Shown: one piece after another, positions 47,682 through 60,366 of the stretch
How the letters are laid out: each line of letters opens with the position of its first letter
Position numbering within the stretch: position 1 is the first letter of the stretch
Assembly: GCA_951406725.2 (NCBI GenBank)
Contig: OX597825.1
Span: forward strand, 71,672,001-71,736,000
Length of the DNA: 64,000 nt
DNA from: Octopus vulgaris
Lineage: Eukaryota
Reading direction: 5' to 3'
Notes under the pieces: model-generated
The model's database searches: none
Told to the model about the DNA's origin: nothing
What the model saw: the letters and a program-made list of their open reading frames with translations, nothing else
Translations under genes and position numbers: made by a program

Positions 47682-49800
47682 TAGAGTAGTCTAAGTTAAT
47701 GATCCCAAGTTGGGTCATCCAATAGTACCAAGGTCTGGATGACCATTCTTGGATGATCGCCTAAAGTTATCATTATTGCCTAATGTCTGTTTTCCATGCT
47801 GGCATGGGTTGGTCAGTTTGACAGGAGCTGGCCAGGCAGGAGCTGCACAAGACTTGTGTGTGTTTTGGCTGGGTTTTTATGGCTGAATGCCCTTCCTAAC
47901 ATCAACCATTCTGGAAATAATTTTAGGCAATTATCCAAGGATGATTGCTGAATTATTGGTCCCAGTGTTCACCAAATTGCGTTAAGTTCTAGATTATTGG
48001 TCCCATGTATGGTTCTGCCAAACTCTGGATTATTGCTCCTAAGTATGGTCAGCTAACACTGTCAATTCTGGATTATTGATTCTAAGTAAGGCCAGCTAAT
48101 AGTGTCAAACTCTAGATTTTTGATATCAAATATAATCGTCTAACAGAGTCAACCTCTGAGTTATAGATGCCAGGTATGGTTAGCTAATTTTCCAAGCTTT
48201 AAATTACTGATCTCAGGTATGGATAACTAATAATGACAAGCTGTGAAATATTGATCCTAAGTATGATCCCCTGACAGTGCCAAACTCTGGGTTATTGAAC
48301 CAAGATATCAATTACCAAGCAGTGCCAAGCTCTGGATTACCTCAGGTATCGTCAGCTAATAGAGCTAGGCTCTAGATTATTGATTCTAATAATGGCTACT
48401 AATAGTACCAAACACTGTATTATACACTTTCAGGTGTGATTAGCTTATAAAAACAACTCTGGATTATAGATCCCAGGTACAGTAACCTAATAGTGTCCAG
48501 CTCTGAATAACTGATTAAGGATATGCTGTGATTCATTATACCACATAGGGCCACCTGATACTGCCAAATTCTGGAGATATATAATAACATAAAACACTTG
48601 ATTATTGATTTCTGATATGATTGACCTCATTGTGTAAAATTCTGCATTATTGATGTTGACTATTGTCACCTAATATTACCAATTCTAAATTATTGATCCT
48701 AGCAATGTTTACCTAACAGTTCCAAGTTATGGATTATTGAGCTCAAGAATGGTCAGCTAACAGAGCCAAACTTTAGATTATTGATCCCAGATATGAAAGG
48801 CCTAAATTGTGAAATTCTGGATTATGGATTCGAAGTATTGTCACCTAATATTGTCAGGCTCTGGATATGTGTGTATTATTGATCCTAGGTATGATAAACC
48901 TACTACTGAAAAGTTTGGGATTATTGATTCCAAATGCAATTGCCTAATCATGTCAAGGTCTGGATAATTGATTCCAGTTATTGTCTAGTAATAAGTACCA
49001 AGTTCCAAATTATAGATTCCAGATATATTGATCCAAGGTAAATGTCACCTAATAGTGTCAAGTTCTGGGTTATTGATCTCAAGAATGATCGCATCATAGT
49101 GACAGGGTGTGGATTATTGCTACCGAGTATTGTTTATCTCTATATATATAAACGGCAGTTTGTCTGTCTGTGTGTCTGTGTGTCTGTCAGGTTGTACCCT
49201 CACCCTGACCACGGCTTTCAACCGATTCTGATGAAACTTGACACACACATAGCCCAATGTCATAATTCAAAACTAACACAGCGAAAATTTTGAAAAGTTC
49301 CCCCAGTTTTGAAAAACATCTATAAATTCGACATGAAGTCGAGAATCTAAGCTTTTTATATGCAACACATTTTCTGTCGGGAGACAGCTAGGAACATCAT
49401 ATACATAGAAGTGTTCGAGTGAAGAGAAGACATTGCAACCTACACATGCGCCTTCGTTCCCTAGAGGGAAAGAACTAGATTGGGAATAGTCATTGCCTAC
49501 TAGGGGCTCTTACATACCAGGGCAACGCCGGGCTATGCTGCTAGTTTAATAATAATTCCAAGCTATAAATTATTGATTCCAAGTGTGTTGAATTGATCCT
49601 GTGAAACTCTGAATTATTTATTGCATGCATGTTCACCTAATACAGCCAAGCCATGAATTATTGATGCCAGGTACACTTACCTAAGCGTGCTATCCTCTGA
49701 ATAATTGATCCTAGTTATTTTTACCTAATAATGAAAAGCTGTGGATCACTGATCCTACCTATGTTCACCCAGTGGTGCCAATTTCTGGATTATGAATATC
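47682..49800. repeat. Diverged ~44-bp tandem repeat (minisatellite)
   Basis: Consensus approx. ctctggattattgatcctaagtatggtcagctaatagtgtcaaa; interrupted by an RTE-tail-like fragment (~47770-47912) and a Helitron. Confidence 0.85.
49137..49544 (+). mobile_element. Non-autonomous Helitron-like element
   Basis: A|TC start, 3' ccagggcaacgccggg hairpin and CTAG|T end; the 44-bp repeat resumes after it. Confidence 0.75.
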
Positions 49801-49924
49801 AAGCAGTAGATGGATGGATGGATGGATGGATGGATGGATGGATGGATGGAGGGAAGGACGGACGGACGGACGGACAGACGGATGGACGGACGGACGGATG
49901 GATGGATTTGTTCAGTATATATAT

Positions 49925-50150
49925 ATATATAGAGCAGTTAAATATATATTCCGTATGAAAATTAGGGACTCCAGCATAGAAGTAACTGGTGAATTTGTTG
50001 AGTATATATAGAGTTTATAGAGCAGTTAAAATTTCTCGGTATGCAAATTAGGGATTCCAGCATTGAATTAACTTTTGTTTTTGTTGAGTATATATAGAGT
50101 TTATAGAGCAGTTTAAAATTTTGGTATGCAAATTAGCGACTCCAGCATCA
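49925..50150 (+). repeat. ~86-bp tandem repeat (about 2.5 units)
   Basis: tatagagcagtt recurs at ~49928, 50016, 50102. Confidence 0.85.
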
Positions 50151-50830
50151 ATGATTGATGCCATCCCTGTGGCTAATGTTGGTGGCCTTCTCAGCTTGGA
50201 CGAACTTCATGTCTCCATTGCCCTCAGAGTGGGAGCTGACATATGCACGGGGTTGATCTGTTACTGTGGCAGGCTCCTTGACTCCACAAGCCTCCATGGC
50301 CTTTCTTGGTGCCTGAAAGCTGGTTGCTTCTCGCATCATATGGAGTTGAACCTAATATTCAAGAAGAGCTTGGCTCAGGCAAATATCCCTTCTATCTTGG
50401 AACCATCTGGATTGTCCAGATGTGATAGGAAGAGACCTGACTGCCTCACCCTGTGCCCTTGGTCACGAGGCAGATATCTTGTCTAGGATGTCCCAGTTAG
50501 TGAATCTTGCTTCTTCTCACATCCTGGATGCTGCAGTCAGGGCAAGATCCACAGCTTCTGCAGCTGAGCAGAACAAAATCCTGAAATACCATGGTCTGTT
50601 AGCCAACGACATTGTCCATCCTGTGGTGTTTGAGATGTTTGGTGGTGTCGGACCACTAACTGCAAGATTCTTCTCTTCACTGGCAATTCACCTTGCAGAG
50701 GGAACTGGTGAGGCTCTTGAGGGCGCTTGGTTGTTCCAGTGCATCAGCCTCACTATCACCCACACCAACGCTGCAAGTGTTCTGGTGTGCCTCAATAGCC
50801 ATTAGAGAGGTTTCCCAGTGCCCTCAACTT
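50151..50830 (+). mobile_element. 3' fragment of a CRE-like non-LTR retrotransposon (zinc knuckle plus restriction-like endonuclease), degenerate
   Basis: CYCG...HGLSWC...HHMELN, LEPSGLSRCDRKRPDCLTLCPWSRGRYLV*D, AAEQNKILKY...PVVFEMFG...LFQCISLTI...NA. Confidence 0.8.
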
Positions 50831-50867
50831 TTCAACCCAAGGTGGTGAATTGTTTTGTTTTTTTTTT

Positions 50868-51595
50868 CCTAATTTGCATACTGAACATTTTTAACTGCTC
50901 TATAAACTCTATTTATACTTAACAAATACAGCAGTTATTCTATGAAGGAGACCCTAATTTGCATTCTGAAAATGTTAAACCGATCTATAAACTCTATATA
51001 TACTCAACAAATACAGCAGTTATTCTATGAAGGAGACCCTAATTTGCATTCTGAAAATGTTAAACCGATCTATAAACTCTATATATACTCAACAAATATA
51101 ACAAATATAACAAGTCGCTGATTTGTATACCGAAAGTTTTTAACCACTCTATATACTCTATATAAACTCACAAAATACAGCAGTTAATTCTATGCTGGAG
51201 TCTCTAATTTGTGTATCGAGAATTTTTAACCAATGTAGAAACTCTATATATACTCAACAAAAACAACAGTTAATTATATGCTGGAGTCCCTAATTTGCAT
51301 ACCAAAATTTTTAAACCGCTCTATAAACTCTATATATACTCAACAAATATAACAGTTAATTCTATGCTGGAGTCGCTAATTGGCATACCGAGAATTTTTA
51401 ACCACTCTATAAACTCAAAAAATACAGCAGTTAATTCTATGCTGGAGTCCCTAATTTGCATATCGAAAATTTTTAACCACTCTATAAACTCTATATATAC
51501 TCAACAAAAACACCAGTTAATTATATGCTGGAGTCCCTAATTTGCATGCCAAGAATTTTAAACCGCTCTATAAACTCTATATATACTCAACAAAT
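50868..51595 (-). repeat. ~86-bp tandem repeat (about 8 units), inverted relative to 49925-50150
   Basis: Unit ctaatttgcataccaaaatttttaaaccgctctataaactctatatatactcaacaaa...atgctggagtc is the reverse complement of the left array. Confidence 0.85.
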
Positions 51596-51959
51596 CGTAG
51601 AGTCACAAATATAACAGTAAACCACTAAGCCATGTGCCTTCACACTCAGAATGTAGTGATGGGCAAAATACTGCTAAGCATTTCGTCTGGTGTGCTAACA
51701 ATTCTGTCAGTTCGCCACCTTTACAACAATAATAATAACCACAACAACAACAATGACAGCTAGAAAGGTTTTAAATCTTAAATTAGCCCAATTAGGACTG
51801 ATTTGCGTCTCAACAACAGCACCGACAAAACCAGCAAAGGAGTGCAAAATTAAAAGAATCTAAAAACAGAATTATCAGCAACCAACCTGAATTGGAAACT
51901 CTGTTTCCAGATATAGAACTTGTTAAATACAATGACATGTCTAAATAGCACCAATTGAT

Positions 51960-52978
51960 GTGTTTTTTTTTTTTGTTCAGTTTCTGCAATTTCAACCAAT
52001 CAGTGACGTCTATTGAGTTAAAAAGCATTCTGTGCCGTATAAATATGTCCCTTGTTTAAGAAACAGATTGGGTTTATTTACATTTGTGAAGAAAAAAAGA
52101 CAACCTTCCCTCCACCCCTAATACTAACCCTAACCCTAAAATAGATGAAAATTGAGGTGTTCTGCCCTGAATATAATAAAACGTTAGCCACAGGGATGGC
52201 ATCAATCCAGTCACCTGAGTATTTGGCACTAGCAGACAGTAAGTGGCACCTTGAAAACTGGTCCGACTGGATGAAAATTGATGTGTTCTGCCCTGAATAT
52301 AATAAAAGCAGCGTCACACGAATGGAAATCTCATTCAAATCAAGTAACTGCTCATATTTCACTTAGTAACACTACCAGTAAGATATAAATAAAATATGTG
52401 CATAATGTTAACCCTTTAGCATTCAGGTTTCAGGTTACTCTGTCAAATGCAATGTTTTTGGTTAATATTGTTTTGAATTAATCATACGTTATCTCTTAGC
52501 TTCAAGATTTCGGCGAGGTGTTTGTTTATTTTTAGAATGACATTGTAGGATTGGTGTAAGAGGCCAGAACTAGCTTGTTTGAATATAAAGCAGGTAGAAT
52601 ATTTCGACCAGATATAGTCTGTTTAAAAGGTAAAGGGTTAAACATAGGTTGAGTTAGGGTTAGGGTTAGGGGTGGGGAAAGGGTATCTTTTTTTCTTTGC
52701 AAATGTAAATAAACCCAATCTGTTTCTTAAACGAGGGACATATTCATACAGCACAGAATGATGTTTACCTAAATGGAGGCCAGCGATTGGTTAAAATTGC
52801 CGAAATGCTTGAAATTAAAGTGGAAATATGTTACAACATATAGAATTTTCTCAATAAAGCCAAGAAAAAATGTTTTATAAACACATTCTACCAGTATACA
52901 AAGTTTAAAAGTGTTTAGTTAACTAGAAATTGTGTTGACATGTGCCGTTCAAAAGGAAAAGATCTCCGAAAAGATCCA
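51960..52978. mobile_element. Two oppositely oriented MITE D fragments (51960-52140 minus; 52650-52978 plus) with intervening sequence
   Basis: Both match the family D body; right TIR remnant gccgttcaaaaggaaaagatc. Confidence 0.7.
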
Positions 52979-53815
52979 CTTTGTGTTTCTGTGTTTTATT
53001 TACTTTGTTTTAAGAAAATTATTTACTTTGTGTAAAAAAATTATTTATTTTGTGTTTTATTTTTACTTTGCTAGGCAGTCGTTGTAGGATCGACTAGTCA
53101 TAACTAGCTAGCGCAGATGCACGAGTGCATGCACCGGGACCACTCTTCTTAAGTAGCACCAATTTAGCCATTTCTCCATAGATTGAAAAAAAGATGAAAC
53201 AACCTTAATCGATTTTCGAACTTTATTAGGTTCTCATCAGAGGCGTAGTGGTTCAAACATGAAAAATAGAACTCACGTTGAGTCAGACTCAATTTATTGA
53301 TCAGCGAAAGTTACACAGTGACTGAAGGTTCGAGAGTTTCGTGCAGAGGCATTTATCAAACTAATTAAATCAGTGTTTTCTATATAAAACGAAAAAGCAG
53401 GACAGTATCGGAAACAAATATGACGCAGATACTATTTTATATATACTCAGGAAGGCTTTTGACTGATAATACGACAGAATTAAGGCAAGATAAAGAATGA
53501 AAGTCGTCAATATATAAGGCATTCTGCCTAAACTACGTCTTTAAGATACGATTTGTTAGTAGTAATGCTGAAAGGAAGCTATTTCCTAAGGAATTCAAGT
53601 GAAGGATAAAAAGGGCAGAGAGAGGGGATTAAAGACAAAAGGAAAGTAAAGAGTGGTTGTATACTGTCAACATAACGTGACAGTTCCGTATGGGAATTAC
53701 ACCACTGCTGTTTAGCCCTAAGAAGCATCAACGAATCTTGTCAGCTCCGACACATTTCCTGTTTTCTTTAAATTTGTGAAAGGGAGGCAAGCACCCCCAC
53801 CAGCCAAAATTCACA

Positions 53816-53862
53816 CCTGAGGACATGCATGTTTCTGGGTCTTAACCCGTCATCAGCCCAGG
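53816..53862 (-). ncRNA. Type I hammerhead-ribozyme-like motif
   Basis: Minus strand cctggg-CTGATGA-cgggt-taag-accca-GAA-acatgcatgt-C-ctcagg: canonical core, 6-bp stem I, palindromic stem III, GUC cleavage triplet; C/A mismatch at the base of stem II. Confidence 0.6.
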
Positions 53863-53909
53863 ATAGTGAGACCTGCTGACCGAGGTGCCTGTCTAGCCTT
53901 CACAAATAT

Positions 53910-54153
53910 ACTCTTTTACTTGTTTCAGTCATTTGACTGCGGCACTGCCTTAGTCGAGCAAATCGACCCTGGGACTTATTCTTTGTAAGCCCAGTACTTA
54001 TTCTATCGGTCTTTTTGCCGAACCGCTAAGTGATGAGGACAAACACACACACACAAACATATACACACACACTTATATATATATACATATACGACAGGCT
54101 TCTTTCAGTTTCCGTCTACCATGTGGTTGGTTAGCAAGCTACTTACCACACAG
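53910..54153 (-). mobile_element. Internally deleted SINE family B
   Basis: Family B segments with several deletions. Confidence 0.75.
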
Positions 54154-54759
54154 TGAAATCTATTCACTGGTCACCGTAATTAGAAATATTAAATTTCTAA
54201 ATGTCTCAAAGAGACATGAGCGGTAGTGGAGCAATAGAGTGGTTGTATACTGTCAACATAATGTGACAGTCCTGTATAGGAATTACACCACCGCTGTTTA
54301 GCCCTAGGAAGCATCAACGCTTCCTGTTGGCTTTGACACATTTCCTGTGTCCTTATATTTGTGAAGGAGAGGCAAGCACCCCCACCAGCCAAGATTCACA
54401 CCTGAGGACTTTCTGGTCTGGGAAAGTAAAGATTGAATGAAATATGAAAAGGAGAATCAAGGCTGAAGTGAATGCTTGGCTGGAGTTGAAAAAAAAAAAA
54501 GGCACTTAACCAGGCAGTGGTCAAGCAGATAATGGTATGGGATACTGAATGGTCGTTTTGCACCAAAAAGGTGGACGGGAGGGGAGAAAGACCCATTGAC
54601 GGGGGGGGGGGGGTGCAAGCAGAAAGAAAGAGGAAGTGTAGAGAAAGAAGGCAACAAAGGTTGACAGGAGGTGGTTAACAGTGATGGAGACAGGAAGAAA
54701 TGAAAGGTAGTAAAGAGAGAAAAGAAGATGTGTAGAGAGAAAGAACGATAGAAATAGAT

Positions 54760-54969
54760 ACTCTTTTACTCTTTTACTTGTTTCAGTCATTTGACTGCGG
54801 CCATGCTGGAGCACCGCCTTTAGTCGAGCAAATCGACCCCGGGACTTATTCTTTGTAAGCCCAGTACTTATTCTATCAGTCTCTTTTGCCGAACCGCTAA
54901 GTGACGGGGACATAAACACTCCAGCATTGGTTGTCAAGCAATGCTAGGGGGACAAACACAGACACACAA

Positions 54970-55002
<33 letters not shown>

Positions 55003-55173
55003 CATATATACGACAGGCTTCTTTCAGTTTCCATCTACCAAATCCACTCACAAGGCATTGGTCGGCCCGGGTCTATAGCAGAAGACACTTGCCCAAGATG
55101 CCACGCAGTGGGACTGAACCCGGAACCATGTGGTTGGTTAGCAAGCTACTTACCGCACAGCCACTCCTGCGCC
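54760..55173 (-). mobile_element. SINE family B
   Basis: Reverse complement of family B. Confidence 0.85.
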
Positions 55174-55579
55174 TGTTTTACAAAGAAGAGGATTGGAAGT
55201 CCACCAAATGTTGAAAGCTGTGTGGGGTACCACTGAGTAAGAATAGAAGCGGATGTCTGGCTTTACAAATTTATTTCGTAATTTTGGTTTGCAATTATTT
55301 ATAGTTAAACGTTTCCTTTCAAAGTTTTTACATTCAAACAACTTTTTCATTCCCATTTTGGACTTAACAACCCATATGAGAAAATCGTTTTGACTGAAAG
55401 AATTTTGAAAGGGTTTTATTTTTAGACTGGGGTCAAAACGGTCGAATCCATTCAACCAGTTACAAAGAACTTGGGAGTGGTACTGAAAGATGGAGAGAGG
55501 TATTGACAGACAGACAGAAAGAGAGAGTTACACATTCTAACTGGGTGGCAGCTGTCTTCTATAATTCAAGTAATGCGAG

Positions 55580-56341
55580 CTGGCGAGCTGGCAGAAACGT
55601 TAGCGCGCTGGGCGAAATGCTTAGCGGTATTTCGTCTGCATTATGTTGTGACTTTGAATTCCGCCGAGGTCGACTTTGCCTTTCATCCTTTCGGGGTCGA
55701 TAAATTAAGTACCAGTTACGCACTGGGGTCGATGTAATCGACTTAATACCTATGTCTGTCCTTGTTTGTCCCCTCTGTGTTTAGCCCCTTGTGGGTAATA
55801 AAGAAATAGGTATTTCGTCTGTCGTTACCTTCTGAGTTCAAATTCCGCCGAGGTCGACTTTGCCTTTCATCCTTTCGGGGTCGATAAATTAAGTACCAGT
55901 TACGCACTGGGGTCGATGTAATCGACTTAATACCTATGTCTGTCCTTGTTTGTCCTCTCTGTGTTTAGCCCCTTGTGGGTAATAAAGAAATAGGTATTTC
56001 GTCTGTCGTTACCTTCTGAGTTCAAATTCCGCCGAGGTCGACTTTGCCTTTTATCCTTTCGGGGTCGATAAATTAAGTACCAGTTACGCACTGGGGTCGA
56101 TGTAATCGACTTAATACCTATGTCTGTCCTTGTTTGTCCCCTCTGTGTTTAGCCCCTTGTGGGTAATAAAGAAATAGGTATTTCGTCTGTCGTTACCTTC
56201 TGAGTTCAAATTCCGCCGAGGTCGACTTTGCCTTTCATCCTTTCGGGGTCGATAAATAAAGCACCAGTTTCGCACTGGGATCCCTTTGTCTGTCCTTGTT
56301 TGTCCCCTCTATGTTTAGCCCCTTGTGGGCAGTAAAGAAAT
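55580..56341 (+). mobile_element. Head-to-tail tetramer of SINE family A (~184-bp period)
   Basis: tatttcgtctg recurs at ~55628, 55811, 55995, 56179; only the first unit has the 5' head. Confidence 0.85.
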
Positions 56342-56574
56342 AAATAATTCAAGTAATGCTATATATTCAAAATTAACCATACATGCTGGTTTTGTTGTTG
56401 TTATTGTTGCTGCTACTGTTGTCATTGTCACTTATTATTTTTGTATTTTGATACTACTTTCCTTCAGAAGTTAGTGGTCATAAACTCCCTAGGGAATTTT
56501 ATGGCAGCTTCATCACTTTTATTTATTTAATTATTTTTTTGTTTTGAAACGAGAGCGAACTTAAGCATTTTATA

Positions 56575-56993
56575 CCTATTTCTTTATAACCCACAAGGGG
56601 CTAAACATAGAGGGGACAAACAAGGACAGACATAGAGGTATTAAGTCGATTATATCGACCCCAGTGCGTAACTGGTACTTAATTTAACGACCCCGAAAGG
56701 ATGAAAGGCAAAGTCGACCTCGGCGGAATTTGAACTCAGAACGTAACGGCAGACGAAATACCTATTTCTTTATTACCCACAAGGGGCTAAACACAGAGCG
56801 GACAAACAAGGACAGACATAGGTATTAAGTCGATTACATCGACCCCAGTGCGTAACTGGTACTTAATTTATCGACCCCGAAAGGATGAAAGGCAAAGTTG
56901 ACCTCGGCGGAATCTGAACTCAGAACGTAACGGCAGACGAAATACCGCTTAGCGTTTCGCCCGACGTGCTAACGTTTCAGCCAGCTCGCCGCC
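56575..56993 (-). mobile_element. Dimer of SINE family A
   Basis: Two head-to-tail units on the minus strand. Confidence 0.85.
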
Positions 56994-57622
56994 TGCCAAG
57001 CATTTTATACCGACAGATTTTAGACACTTTTTTCTGAAGCCGATAAGATTATGTAGGGGTGCAAATTTTGATCTTGCAACCCCTAAAAATTCTAGGGGGT
57101 GCAGGTGCACTCGCTGCACCCCTGTTCCCGGGCCCTTGTGTGTATGAGCATGCCAATTTCTTTTTCATATTAAATTTAGATAAAATCTTAATCTACACCA
57201 TCTGAAGCGTATTTGTAGAAAATTTTCATTACAAAACATTAATTTTTCTGGAAGTTATGAGGCAACAAAATCGTGTTTGTGACCGCATTTCTAGGTATGC
57301 CCCGCTTGCGTCGGTTGTCAAGCGGTGGTGGGCACGGACGCAAACACCTACCCATAAACACACACACACAATCTTTCATATTTTGTTTCAGTCACTAGAC
57401 TGCACAAATTGCCCTAATACTAATTCTCTCCCTCCCTCCCTCTCTGTCTATCTATCTGTCTGTCTCTCCCTCCCTCGCACCCTCTCTGTCTATCTGTCTC
57501 TCTCCCTCCCTCCCTCTCTGTCTGTCTGTTTCTCTCTCTCTCCCTCCCTCCCTCTCTGTCTATCTGTCTCTATCCCTCTCTTCCTCTCTGTCTGTCTGTC
57601 TCTCTCTCTCTCAATATATCTA

Positions 57623-58135
57623 TCTATATATATATAAAACTCTAGTTGTGTGAGTGTCTGTCCCCTTCGATTTAGATTCCTAACTCCTCCCACTTTTGCG
57701 GTGCAGTTTAACCAAATTCGGGTATCTTATAGTCGTGATTCATATCGAGCCCGTCTGACTATTAGCGCGCGTCAACGATGAGTCTACGATTTTAAAAATA
57801 ATTTAATATCATTTTTTATTCCATTTTAATGCATAAAATGCATCGTATGTCGATGGCGGCGGAGTTGGCGTCCACGCTCACAGCTGCACCTGTTTGCTTC
57901 TCCCCCTTCCCTCCCTCGTGAAGCTGTGGGGAAGGGAGTTTAAGGAAATCAACGTCGTAATGCGTTGTCAAGGAGACCAGCGTTCTTTTAGAACAACGAC
58001 TTCATGGCTTGAAGACACCAAAACAGAAATGGCTAAGAAAGCCCGAATTGGCATCTATAAAGGAAGTAACTCTCTAAAAATGCTTATATAGTTATTTCCC
58101 TTACAAACCCGAGCAACGCCGGGTGATACTGCTAG
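57623..58135 (+). mobile_element. Non-autonomous Helitron-like element, family E (longer variant)
   Basis: TC start, same 5' and 3' segments as 11516-11813, cccgagcaacgccggg hairpin, CTAG|T end. Confidence 0.75.
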
Positions 58136-58142
58136 TATATAT

Positions 58143-58192
<50 letters not shown>

Positions 58193-58870
58193 TAAAATCA
58201 AAAGTTCTGCAAAACGAAGGGTTATTGAAAGTCTAAGGGAGGGAACTCAAATCGGAATCTGTCGACAACAAAAATTCTTCAAAATGCGGTCTTGAGATTG
58301 TCGTCAGGCCTCGAGATCGCATTAGAATCTCATAAATTTCAATAAAATACTTCTAGAATAAACACAGTGTGATTATGCGAATGTTTATCATCATATGTAA
58401 TATGATGTAATGGTCATGTTGCCCGAACAAGTATAATTGTTGGTTTCCCATTGATTAAAATTACTGCCCATATTCCAATTCCAAACTTTCGTCAAAGAGA
58501 ATTCTTTCACGAAATATGGTTCTTAGAATTCAAGTACGAGCAGTTATAAAACCCCTTATTTTGGGGAAATTAATCAGTGATCGCTGGTTGTTACTAAACT
58601 CCACGACACTCACTCCTTTGAAATATTGGCTATTTTAATGCCATGTCTCTTACTTAAATCCAACAATGACTTATTTGATCGACCAAAGATTGGTCCAGGC
58701 CATGTCTAAAATAAACCAATGTAGTAAATATTTTCGTTTTCTTCACTTCTTTCCAACCTGTTAATGAAATTTATTTCTGCGATTGTGAAACTGTTTTTAT
58801 AGCGGTGGAAAAGAAGACGAACTTATCTTCAACATACATGCACATTCAACATGACGTTAAGCGTCTTGAT

Positions 58871-58903
<33 letters not shown>

Positions 58904-59055
58904 AGGGGTTTGTATGATTGTGTAAAGAGAGATATATATTATTCAAAGGAATTCCAACTCTGTCTGTTTTTTATGTTTTATTTATATTCTTTATAATATT
59001 AATGTAGAATATAGAATATATAGTATAAATAGTGTAAAATGATAGATAGATATAC

Positions 59056-59163
<108 letters not shown>

Positions 59164-59429
59164 TAAAATTCATGAATAGATTCAGGCCCAATAATGTAAG
59201 GGAGCTAATTCTGAAACACAAATTAGTGTGATTTGACAAAAGGTCGCGACGGCGTGAAATGTTGTTTTGTTGGGTCATTTATAAAAGCCAGGTAGCATTT
59301 TGAGGCTTAAGTGTAAATTCCTGAGGGCGGCATTGCACTCAGACATATCTATAAATATTCTTCTCTTACTGGTTACGGTGACAAACACACACATACACAC
59401 ATATACAGTCCCTGTCTCTTTTTCTCTCG

Positions 59430-59467
<38 letters not shown>

Positions 59468-59487
59468 AGAGTCTCCAACTGAAATGA

Positions 59488-59770
59488 CTCCTCCTCCTTC
59501 GCCTTCTCCTCCCCTTGCTTCTTCTGCCCCTACTCCTTCACCTCCTCTTGCGCCTTCTCCTCCCTTTGCTTCTTCTCCTCCTCCCCCTACTCCCTCACCT
59601 CCTCCTTCTTCTTCTTCTTCTTCTTCCTTTTCTCCTCCTTCTTCTTCTTCTTCTTCTTCTTCTTCTTCTTCTTCTTCTTCTTCTTCTTCTTCTTCTTCTT
59701 CTTCTTCTTCTTCTTCTTCTTCTTCTTCTTCTTCTTCTTCTTCTTCTTCTTCTTCTTCTTCTTCTTCTTC
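59488..59770. repeat. (CCT)n/(CTT)n pyrimidine tract
   Basis: Directly visible; explains the poly-E/S/L/K ORFs. Confidence 0.95.
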
Positions 59771-59975
59771 ACTCGCGCTCCGCACGTTTTCTTTTTCATT
59801 TACCTCGTTTTAGACATTCGATTGCGGTCATGCTGGGGCAACCGTTTTGCGGCTTTTACTCGAACACATCGACCCTTGGATTTATTTTAAAGTCTGATAC
59901 TTATTCTGTTTTCTTTTTCCGCCGAACTTCAGAAAAATGGGTGCCCTTTAATTAAATTTTCTACAAATGTGTGTG

Positions 59976-60366
59976 TTGTGGTAAGTAGCTTGCTTACCAA
60001 CCACATAGTTCCGGGTTCAGTCCCACTGCGTGGCACCTTGGCCAAGTATTTTCTACCATAGTCTCGGGTTGACCAAAGCCTTGTGAGTGGATTTGGTAGA
60101 CGGAAACTGAAAGAAGCCCGTCGTATATATGTATTTATATATATGAATGTGTGTGTGTATATATTCGTGTCTGTGTTTGTCCCCCAACATCGCTTGACAA
60201 TCGATGCTAGTGTGTTTACGTCCCCGTAACTTAGTGGTTCGGCAAAAGAGACCGATAGAATAAGTAGTAGGCTTACAAAGAATAAGTCCTGTGGTCGATT
60301 TGCTCGACTAAAGGCGGTGCTCCAGCATGGCCACAGTCAAATGACTGAAACAAGTAAAAGAGTAAA
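59976..60366 (+). mobile_element. SINE family B (5' end clipped)
   Basis: Match to family B. Confidence 0.85.

Noticed and set aside
52654-52672. Telomeric repeat or chromosome-fusion scar
   Set aside because: Only about three TTAGGG units, and they are an internal part of MITE D.
59366-59955. Poly-E, poly-S, poly-L and poly-K ORFs
   Set aside because: Frames of a (CTT)n microsatellite.
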